A DNA stretch of 64,000 nucleotides, taken from contig NW_026858824.1 in assembly GCF_026571515.1 (NCBI RefSeq), forward strand, positions 186,001-250,000, written 5' to 3'. The notes under the pieces are model-generated. The model was not told where the DNA came from. It saw only the letters and a list, made by a program, of their open reading frames with translations, and made no database searches. Positions 25,661 to 37,600 of the stretch are shown one piece after another; position 1 is the first letter of the stretch, and every line of letters begins with the position of its first letter. This DNA is from Ruditapes philippinarum. Its lineage: Eukaryota. A program made the translations under genes and the position numbers.

Positions 25661-28600
25661 ATGGCGTCAGACGATGACAAGAACGATTTTCCTTTGTTTC
25701 ACGAGTTCTCTCATCATCTCACGAATACAACAGACATTGTAGAAAATATTTTAGTTTATCTTAATGCGAGAGAACTAAACAGATCTGCGAGGTGAGCTGA
25801 CATTTGTCCAGAAATGTTTAAAATAAAACTGTATCATATTTTCGCGATGATACAAATTATTTTGCAAATTGCCAAAATTCAGTGTTGCATCTAGAGTTTC
25901 AAAATCATGGGAATAATGTCGCCCACTTAACTGAAGAAATGTGGGGGATTCCAAAAATGTGGGGGACGTACATGCATTAACCTATTAATATGATCACTTT
26001 GAACATTTTTGGGGCTCTGTACCACAGGTGGCAGTATCAGTGTTTGGACACCCCACCCCTATCTGCCCCTGGACCCCTACTACAACCCTGAAAAAATAAT
26101 TCAACATATAAATTAATATATATTTTAAATATTGAACCACCTAAACAAAGTTCAGTTCAAAGACTTTACATTACACCACAAAAACTATGTATGAAAATGG
26201 AATCTGGTACTTCTTTAAGGTCTTGAATGAGGTATACAAAACATGGTCTTTTTACCCCACAACAGTAGATAAAGTCGACACTTAAATTTTGTGGGGTGGG
26301 GTGTCCAAACACTGATACTGCCACCTGTGCTCTGTACCAGTTGTTGAGTCAACTGTGTCTGATTTTATTCAAGACTCTTCTTAACACAAATCAGCACTTA
26401 CAATTTGTTTAGATGTGGATAGTTCGTTTTCACAAGTATTTTTTCCAGATGTTGACTGACGTACCGGAAAAAATCATATTCTATTTTGTTGAATTATTGT
26501 TCTATTTTATAGGGTATGCAGCTTTTGGGCAAAGATTGTTAAAAGGTTAAAAAGAAGGAGGAAAACAAGATCGTGGACTTGTCTGCACAATATTAGTGAC
26601 GAGGATGATATGACAAGTGATGCAGTAGTACAAACTCAAAACTTTATTCAGGTAAATAAGCTTAGGGTTCTTAATCTACAAGACAAACTTTATCCAAGAG
26701 ATGTCATAGCTTGTCACAAATATGGAGCCATATTGATTTGAAATTCAACACTCAGAATAGCTTTGTAATACAAATGTATAACTTTCGATGTTGATAGCAA
26801 AAATTTCAGTTAACAATTTGCTAAATTCTAAAAGAAAAAATATATATATATACAATTATATATACTGGTTGGGGACCACCAAAACCAGACAACCACCAAA
26901 CCCGGACGGCCCGAAAAATGCTTAATTTAGTATTTTCTTTGTTCAGTGGTTGTCAGTCACTTTTTTATCAACAATAAATGCATGTTTCTTCTAAAATTAA
27001 GTAAATAAATTTATTTCAACCTCCGTAAATGGTAATATTTATGCCCCCGCCATGTAATGGCCGGGGCATATAGTGTTACCCTGTTCCGTCCTTCCGTCCT
27101 TCTGTCATTCCGTCATTCTATCATTCCGTCATCATCAGTTTCCGTTCATTATCTTAGTAACGATTGCACACATTCAACTCAAATTTGACATATGGATATG
27201 TCATGAGAAAATACAGGTCAAGTTCGAATTTGGTCATGGTTCGATGATTTTTGGCAGAGTTATGCCCCTTTACTTTGAAAATAACATGAAATTTTCAGTT
27301 TCTGTTCATTATCTCCCCAACTGTACAACACATTCAACTCAAATTTAACATATGGATATGTTGTGAGAAAATACAGGTCAAGTTTGAATTTGGTCATGGT
27401 TCGATGATTTTTGGCAGAGTTATGCCCCTTTTACTTTAAAATAATATGAAATTTCCGTTCATTATCTCCCCAACGGTACAACACATTCAACTCAAACTTG
27501 ACATATGGATACGTCAAAGGAATGCGCAGGTCAAGTTCAAATTTGGTCATGGTCCAATGATTTTTGGCAGAGTTATGCCCCTTTCACTTTGAAATTTTCA
27601 GTTTCTGTTTATTATCTCCCCAACAGTACAACACATTCAACTCAAATTTGACATATGGATATGTTTTTTTAGGAATGCCCAGGCCAAGTTCGAATTTGGT
27701 CATGGTTCAATGAATTTTGGCAGAATAATGCCTTTTCACTTTGAAAATAATATGAAATTTACAGTTTCTGTTCATTATCTACCCAACAGTGTTACATATT
27801 CAACTCAAATTTTTTTTTGACTTCCGGTCAGTGTCATGGCGTGAGCGTTTTATGAGATGAGGACATTTTTTTCTGAAATTACTAGGTGTAAATCAGTTGC
27901 TTGTTATTAAAATGCATATGTGATAAAGTGAATATGTTATGGAACTAAACCTCATATAAAAGGTGACTTTTTGTGCGTTTTTTTAACTTGAAACATCTTT
28001 TTTTATAAACTTTACATGTGTCATGCTCCATTGGTTTTGTAAACAATCCACATATATCTCGTTTTCGGACAGTGCACGAGAAAATTGAGAGTTATCTCGA
28101 GGGTGAACAGTCACGCTCAAAAATAAATAAACTATACTACAGAACAAAAATAACGTGTCTAGCATGAGCAGTACTCCAAGTGCGACTGATAAAAAAAGAG
28201 TTGCAACATCTCCATTAGATTCATTTGACTACAAGAAGACACGAACACTTTCTACAGATTCGTCTGCTTCTACCATGGCTGATTATAATCTCCCTCTTGA
28301 CGAAACTCAACTTAAACAATTGTCCGAGCAAGTGAGTTCCTCTCTTGAAGCCATACTCCCAGACATGGTTAAGTCTATAGTGTCAAAAGTAATTGAAGCT
28401 TTACAAAATAGAATGTCTGCCATACAAGACGAAAACTCTTCTCTTAAAGAACGTGTCTCGGATCTGGAAAAACGCGTTGAACTTCTGGAAATTGACCACG
28501 AGGCATCTGATCAGTATAGCAGACGCAACTGTTTAAGGATTTCTGGCATCAAGGAAGAAAATAGTGAATCTATGACCGACATCATTAAAAATCTATCAGC

Positions 28601-31600
28601 CGAAATCCAAGCAAATATCGATGTTCATGATATTGATAACATGCATCGCCTAGGACGACCAAATTCAAATACGTCTTCTGGTAAACATCCACATCGGCCT
28701 AACAATCAAACCCGTCCGAGAGACATAATAATTAAATTTACATCTTATCGAGCCAGGCAGTCTCTTCTTTCTCGCCGATCTGCACTCAAAAACTCAAAAC
28801 TATTTGAACGTGTCTTTATAAACGAAGAGCTTTCGAAGAAACGCAGTGAAGTTTTTTTCCATGCGAGGCGCCTTGTCAAAACCAACAAAATAAAATCAGC
28901 GTGGACATCCAACGGAGTTATTCTAGCGAAAGATCACTCTGATATTGTGCACCGATGTACACGATTGATGGATCTATCAACATTTGAAGTGTAGTCGAAC
29001 TTTTGTCGAGCAGTATACTTTTAACGCGCGCACTCTTAGTACCTATAGTATCACGTGACATTTTGTAAACCGGAGTGATCAAAACAAACATTGTTTATCT
29101 TGTTTAAAACCTGTTACAAAATGTATCTTTATCATGACTAATATAATTGATTTACCTAAAAGGGGAAACTCGGTCATCTACTTGTTCATATTTTTGTCGG
29201 TGAATGATACACAGTTGTTCATTGTTTTGTTATTTTTCGCTCTGTTTATCTTGTTTTCTTTGAATTAAAGAACTTTAAAATTACTTAAAAATTAGGCAAC
29301 GGGTGATCTTGTTCTTCCGGTCTTCGTCCTGCATGGAAAATTTTGATACTGGTTTATTTTTCGTAATTTGAAATTAAAATATTCTACTTTCCATGCGTTA
29401 GAAATTTTAAATTTTCATTATTATTTCTATACATACGATGTACTTGTCTGAGAATTAAAATGTTTATTAGTTTGATCATTGTAACAATATTTGTTTTTAT
29501 CTCTCTCTATTCAGATAAAATAACTATGAATATTGTCCCTACATGTATATTACAATCAAGAGAAATAACACTTATGACAATATTCTTGCAAAAAAGGCTG
29601 TCTTCTTGTTATGTGCATTTCAAATTGACGATGTGCATTTTTTTCTCAATTTATAATGACCTTACTGCATTAAATTATGTAACTACTACTATATTAGTTA
29701 CATATGTTATTATTTACATGCGACTTCAGAACATTACATTACTAGTATATTAGTAACACATAGGACTGCAGTATTTTATGTAACTATTAGTGTTTTAGTT
29801 ATACATTGAACTTTTTTTCTTTTTCATCTTTTTTTTTACATGGGACTGCAGTAACTACATGTACTAGTATTTTAATTATACATTGAACCTATTCTTCTTT
29901 TTTTAATGAAACTGCAGTACAGTATGTAACCATAAGAATTTTTTTTCGTTACACAATGGATTATTTAAATGTATATTAGTTAATCTATTCATTATTTGCA
30001 TCGGACTGCAGTAAATTATGTAACTACTTGTATATCAGTTGCACTTGCATAACTTATGGACTGCAGTTTTTTTATGTAACTATTAGTGTTTTAGTTACTC
30101 ATTGAACTTTTTTTCTTTTTCATCTTTTTTTTTTACATGGGACTGCAGTACACTATGTAAGTACATGTATAAGTATTTTAATTATATATAATTATATTGA
30201 ACCTAATTTTTCTTCTTTTTTAATGGGACTGCAGAACAGTGTGTAACTATAAGTTTTTTTTGTTTTTCTTCGTTACACAATGGATTATTTAAATGTATAT
30301 TAATTAAACAATTCATTATTTGCATCGGACTGCAGTAAAATATGTGACTACTTGTATATCAGTTGCACTTACATATTGGACTGCAGTACATTATGTTACT
30401 ATCTATATATTAGTCTGCATTACATTATGTTAATATGACCATATTAGTTACACATTGTATTATTTACATAGTTCTGCAGTACACTATGTAACGGGACCAT
30501 GACTTTATTCCTTACATTCAAAATAGAAAACTTATTATGTTACTATTTAATATAATGTCCTGTCCACATCGCATCATAAATATTATGCCTTTGAACACAT
30601 TCGTTTCAAGTGATGCAGAAAAGTATTACACATTGAAGTTACATTTTTTTTACACAAGCAATTAAAATTTACGACTTGAAATATTTCTATTTAGAATGTA
30701 CCGTCTGTGGTATACTTCATATTTTATTATGGTGAGCATATTAATTTTTTGTTACCCAGTGTACACTTTAATTATCTCAAGGTCGTATTTTACATTTGTA
30801 GAAACTTCTAATGGTTGATATTATTTTGTTGTACTTTTTTTTTTTGCATGATGGAGATAATCGTTATCAAGTCCTTCAACACCCATATATAGATAACAAA
30901 CACATGAACTGGTATTCATACACATAACTTATGTAAATAATTCCATAGCAACCGTATATTGTCAGTAAAATATTACAAAAATGTTCTCATCGCACAATGT
31001 TCTACTTAATTTCCCATCATCATTTACAATGTTGATTACCATTCTAATTGTTTTCTTTTCTTTTTTGTCACACACTTGTCTGTCTATGGAAATGAGATTC
31101 ATTGCTGATGTTCCGGACATGATATCGAACGCTTTTTGTACAATGCAACCAATCGTCTCCCTTACCTATTTATTGAAACGAAAATGACACTCTCTTATTA
31201 CATATACCGTTGCCGTTTCTTAATACCTCTGGACATTTCCATATCGATTAACCCTTGCATTTTAATTACAGCTTTATATTTAGTTATGATTCTTATTAAC
31301 AAATCCGGCGATATAGAGCTTAATCCTGGTCCTCCTGTAATCGCTGACACACTCAACTCTTCAAATTCATCTATTGAATATTATGCTTCTCTCCTTAACC
31401 GAGGTCTGAGCATCATGCATTTGAATATCCAAAGCCTGAAGCCAAAGATTGATGTTTTAGCTGTAGAGGCCCAACCTTATGACATCCTTATTTTCACAGA
31501 AACGTGGCTGTCTAACAATGTTACAGACACAGACCTTTACATTCCTAACTTTAGTAAACCCTTCCGTTGTGACAGAATCGATCGTATAGGCGGTGGTGTA

Positions 31601-34600
31601 GCTATTTATGTCCGTGATTCTTTACACGCTATTGAAAGGAAAGATCTGCAAGTGCAAGGTGTAGAAGCACTCTGGACTGAAATACATATATGTCAACGTA
31701 AATTAATTGTTGGGGGTATATATCGACCTCCGAATTCAAATAATACACAATGGTTAAAAATGGAATACTTGCTTGATCAGGCACTTAATCAACACGTTGA
31801 TAATATCTTAGTAGCTGGTGACTTTAATATAAACGTACTTGCCAACCCTTCAAACAAAATGACAAGACTTATACATTCTTTAAATTGCGAACAACTAATA
31901 AACTCTCCTACGCATTACACAGAAAGTTCTAATTCACTTATTGATCTTATGTTCATTAAAAAATCTCATCATGTTCTCACGTCTTTTGTTGCTGACCCAT
32001 TTCTCTCTGACCTAGTTAGGTTTCACTGTCCAATAGTGTCAGTACTTAATTTTACCAAACCACAACAAAACTGTTTTCGTCGTAAAATTTGGATCTACGA
32101 TAAAGGTGAGTATCAAAAATATAACGAAAAACTTAGTTCAATTGACTGGTCATTCATTGACAACGATCAAAACCCAGATAATATTGCAGATTGTATCGCC
32201 CAAAACATTCTTAACGCAGCATCTGAAAGCATCCCAAACAGAATTGTAACTATCCGGCCAAATGACGTACCTTGGATAAATAATGATGTCAAAAAACAAA
32301 TAAGAAAACGTAGGAAACTTCATCAAAGAGCTAAATTACTTAATAATGAAAATGCCTGGGCTAACTTTCGAAAAATTAGGAATGAAACCACAAAACTTAT
32401 AAAAAAAACTAAATCAGATTATCAAAATAACTTAACTACACAGATTAATTCAGACAACATCACAGCAAAAACATGGTTTAAACTTGCAAAAAAATTAACA
32501 AATAAACAAAGTACATCAACAATACCAACACTTACAGATGGCTCAGCAATAGCGGAATCAAACAAAGAGAAAGCTGACCTTCTAAACACCTATTTTAGCA
32601 AACAATCAACCATCGAAAACCCACACCATCCCCTTCCACCTCTTGAAATCATTACAAACGTCCTCATTTCTGGTGTAACAGTCACTACTCAAGACGTTAA
32701 GGACTCTATCAACTCTATGGACTCAGCTAAAGCATCTGGTCCGGACTTAATTAGCCCAAGGCTCATTAAGGAAGGTAAGGATGAACTAGCTTCACCACTT
32801 GCAAGGTTTTTCAACAAACTTCTTTTAAAATCTGTATTTCCCTCCTCCTGGAAACTTGCCAATGTTTGTCCTATTTATAAAAAGTCCGATCCTTCTAAAA
32901 CATGTAACTACAGACCTATATCTCTTTTAAGCTGTCTCGGAAAAGTTATGGAAAGATGCATCCATAAATACTTGTATAACCATGTCATTTCAAATAAACT
33001 ATTAACACCATTTCAATCAGGATTCATTAAAGGGGATTCAACCATAAATCAGCTAACCTTTCTTTACAATGACATCAGCAAAGCCCTAGATGAAGGAAAA
33101 GAAGTTCGCGCAGTATTTTGTGATATATCAAAAGCTTTCGACAGGGTTTGGCACCAAGGACTCCTCTATAAACTTTCTTCTTTAGGCATACAAGGTTCTC
33201 TTCTTCAGTGGTTCTCATCTTATCTTGCTGACAGAAAACAAAGAGTCATCGTATCAAATACTTCTTCAACACTTTTAAATATCAATGCTGGAGTACCTCA
33301 GGGGTCCATCTTAGGCCCTCTCCTGTTTCTAATATACATTAATGACATAGTCACTGATATTGAAGCAAACATTCGACTTTTTGCTGACGACACTAGTCTC
33401 TACATCATTGTCGAAGATCCCAACTCTTCTGCTGCAATATTGAATTGCGATCTTTCAAAAATTTCTGTGTGGTCAAAAACTTGGCTTGTCTCATTTAATC
33501 CCTCAAAAACAGAACATGTCCTTTTCTCAAGAAAACGAAACAAACCCCAACACCCTTGTCTAGTCTTTGATAATGTGAACATTTCTAGTGTTAAAGAACA
33601 CAAGCACCTTGGTGTCATCTTTTCTGAAAATGGTAAATGGACATCACATATAACATCAAATGTTAATAAAGCTTGGCAGAGAATTGGTATTCTTCGAAGT
33701 CTGAAATTTCTTATTTCTAGAGCGGGATTGGAGAAATTATATGTAGCCTTTATTAGACCTTTGCTTGAGTATGCCGACGTGATGTGGGATAACTGTAGTA
33801 ATGAACTAAAAAATGATATTGAATCAGTTCAGCATGAAGCAGCAAGAATCGTCACCGGAGCTACTAAGTTTTGCAACATCAACAAATTAATTAGCGACCT
33901 CAGTTGGGATACACTCGCAGAAAGGAGAAGAAAACATCGTCTCGTACTTATGTATAAAATGAGAAATGGTCTCGCTCCTGATTATCTCTCTGGTCTGATA
34001 CCAGAACATTTTAATCAACCCTACACTCTTCGCTCTAACAACGATATCCCATTAATACACTGCAACTCCCAATCCATATGCTACTTCTTTTCTTCCGTAT
34101 ACTATTCGCCAGTGAATTCTTTACCTGGAAATATTAAAAATGCATCCACAGTAAGTGCTTTCAAACACAAACTCAACTACAGAAATATGTCGTCTAATAA
34201 GAAAAAACACCTGTATAATTTTGGCAGCAGGAAAAACCAAGTAAACCATACACGTCTCAGACTTGGATGCAGCTCTCTTAATTTCGAATTACATAGGAGA
34301 AACTTAATCTCGTCTCCTTTGTGTACATGTGGTGCCATAGAAACTGTTTCCCACTTTCTGCTCAGTTGTCCTAAGTACCATACCCTACGTCAGCAATTCT
34401 TTGACGACCTACCCTGTGCCCCAACCCTTAATAATCTTCTTTTCGGCAATGATCGCCTAAGTATGGACATCAATCAGAATCTGTTCACACTTGTCCAGAG
34501 CTTCATTGAAGCATCAAAGCGTTTCGATTCATAATTCCCGACTCAGCGTTTTAAACATCGTATTTCCATGACAAACTGTGTGACACAACTTTTTTTTTTA

Positions 34601-37600
34601 TTGTTATTATTATTTTTATTTTCTTCTCTCTTTTTTTTTTTATTAAAAAGGAAAATGAATAAACAAAAAATCAAGTAAAACCTTCCGAAAAATTATAAAT
34701 TTAGATCAATTTTGAACTTAAAAACATGCACTGATCATACAAAGTGAAATAACAAAGACGAAACTCCATCATGGAAAGGAATTAATATAAGTGTTATGCT
34801 TGTTTTCCAATCCATATATATTGTGATGTAAAAATGTTACATGCTTGTAAAAATTGATGAATAAATATGTTTAAACTAACTCAAATTTGACATATGGATA
34901 TGTCAAAGGAATGGGCAGGTCAAGTTGGAATTTGGTCATGGTTTGATGATTTTTTTTGACAGAGTTATGTCCCTTTCACTTTGAAAATAATATAGATACA
35001 TCTTAGGAATAAGCAGTTTAAGTTTGAATTTGGTCGTGGTTCAATGATTTTGGACAAACTTATCTTTCTTGAACGTTGGAAAAATTTTGAACTTTCAGTT
35101 TCAGCACTCATACTTTTGTGGAAATGTATGTAGCCATTATGAAATATGCTATTTTCAAAAGGTTAAGACTGAAAAATTTCAGTGCCTTGAAAATTGTATG
35201 AAAATGGTTTGTGTTAACATTGAAAAGTTTTAAGGGCTTTGAACTTAAAATGAAAAAAATAATTTGTACAAACAAATTTGGAACTAAATGTTATAACATC
35301 TGAAATTTTGGCTGCATGCGGGGGCATCCGTGGCATGATGACACATTTCTAGTTTAATGTCTATTTCAAGAATGTTGACGTTGAAATTTGCGGGTCAAGA
35401 AAACAATGCCTGACCTCATATAACAGCTATAATCATTTGCAGAGTAAACAATAGAATATCCAAACTTCAGCATTTGTTGCTGAAATATTGTATATCATAT
35501 TAAAAATAAAAACACCTAAGCTTTTATCTGAACTAAATCACGTCATGTACATATCTGTCCGGACACATGGTACTGCAGTGTAGTAGTAGACAATTTAGGT
35601 AATTTTGATACCGTAACCCTCCTTGATGAGCCGCAGATATAAGTGTCAATATAATCAGAAATAAACAAAGTAGTATGTTAGTTAGGAGAAAAACCTAGCT
35701 GAAGTGTGTCAAATTTATTGATCTCTAGGTTAAAAATTATGAATTCTGTATGGAAAAATGTTCCAAAAATGTCCGGTAGATGGTATCAGACCAGTAGATA
35801 TAAGAATTGTTTACAATTTATTGTATGCGTGCATACTCTTTTACTTATTGATTTAACAGGGGCTATACACAGAGCCTGATGCTGTGTTTGTGATAAGTAC
35901 AGCAGACCTTCTGCACATGAAAACTGGACTAGCAGGGCAGACAAGAAGTGGTCGTTTAACTCATGGTGTAACACAGACTTACCAAGAGTTTGTGTGCTCA
36001 TTATTACCACAGTCTTGCAAGTTATGTGGGATAGAATCAAATGGTATTATAGGTAGGTGTACAGCCACTCCTAGAAGCAAAGTTAAAATGTTTAGGATTT
36101 TGAAATGAATTCAGTATAGTTCGTGAAATGAGAAATTCTAAAAGAGATTTAATACAAGTTTATTAATATTTTAACTGAATAGAATAATTTTTTTCCCTCT
36201 TTTTGGAAAGCTGGGAAGTGTACAGATTTACCCTTGTTTGTCCATTTGCTAGAGCCATTAAATATCTTAGAATAGTTGTCAGCTTTTGAACTTATGCACC
36301 TTAATATTTTGATGCAAATTTATTGAACATCAGCCCCTCATTAAGTAGACTTTTGTCATGTCAAACTACAGAGGTGTACCTGCTAAAGCCATGAAACTTT
36401 CAAATAATAGATGTATCACATGAATTTATACACTTTGGTAATTAGTCACAAATTAATTGGAGTTATGCAGTGTTATAGTCCCTGTATTGCGACACAGCCT
36501 TGTATGACATTCTTTGGGTTATTGGCCCTCATTAATAATAAATATATACACGTATTTGACTTGACTTATGTCAATATTGTGGAGTAGTTAGTATCCTTAA
36601 TATTCATATATGACAAGTTGTTCCAATAATTCATATATGACAAGTTGTTCCAATAATTCATATATGACATGTTGTTTCATTAATTCATATGTAACAAGTT
36701 GTTTTAATAATTCATATAATTTATGACAAGTTGTTCCAATTATTTATATATGACATGTTGTTCCAATAATTCATAAATGACAAGTTGTTCCAATTATTCA
36801 TATATGAAAAGTTGCTCCAATTATTCATATATGACAAGTTGCTCCAATTATTCATATATGACAAGTTGCTCTGATAATTCATATGTGACAAGTTGTTTCA
36901 ATTATTCATTTATGATAAGTTGCTCCCATAATTCATAAATGACAAGTTGTTCCAATTATTTATATATGACATGTTGTTCCAATAATTCATAAATGACAAG
37001 TTGTTCCAATTATTCATATATGACAATTTGTTCCAATTATTCATATATGACAAGTTGCTCCCATAATTCATATATGACAAGTTGCTCCAATTATTCATAT
37101 ATGACAAGTTGCTCTGATAATTCATATGTGACAAGTTGTTTCAATTATTCATTTATGATAAGTTGCTCCTATAATTCATATATGACAAGTTGCTCTGATA
37201 ATTCATAAATGACAAGTTGTTCCAATTATTCATATATGAAAAGTTGCTCCAATTATTCATATATGACAAGTTGCTCTGATAATTCATATGTGACAAGTTG
37301 TTTCAATTATTCATATATGAACAAGTTGCTCCCATAATTCATATGTGACAAGTTGCTCCAATTATTCATATATGACAAGTTGCTCTGATAATTCATATGT
37401 GACAAGTTGTTTCAATTATTCATTTATGATAAGTTGCTCCTATAATTCATATATGACAAGTTGCTCTGATAATTCATAAATGACAAGTTGTTCCAATTAT
37501 TCATATATGAAAAGTTGCTCCAATTATTCATATATGACAAGTTGCTCTGATAATTCATATGTGACAAGTTGTTTCAATTATTCATATATGACAAGTTGCT

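Larger units (their letters stand above)
27813..34877 (+). mobile_element. Full-length CR1-group non-LTR retrotransposon (~7.1 kb) in FBXO22 intron 2
   Basis: 11-bp TSD aactcaaattt at 27802-27812 and 34878-34888. Two ORFs. 3' end aataaatatgtttaaact. Confidence 0.9.
27038..35353 (+). mobile_element. HINE family C (27038-27812 and 34878-35353), split by the CR1 insertion
   Basis: Subterminal IR atgcccccgc/gcggggcat, (GTCA/GTCC) microsatellite and ~150-bp tandem cores. The core register resumes after the LINE. Confidence 0.8.

Noticed and set aside
29460-29753. Hydrophobic 97-aa ORF in the LINE spacer
   Set aside because: Composition follows from AT-rich sequence, it overlaps the repeat modules and has no recognisable motif.
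29660-30495. CRISPR-like repeat-spacer appearance
   Set aside because: Eukaryotic context, degenerate repeats, spacers related to each other and no cas genes.
35620-35665. Hammerhead ribozyme-like TGATGA...GAAA (also CTGATGA at 1939, 59630, 59852)
   Set aside because: I could not build the required stems around the core.
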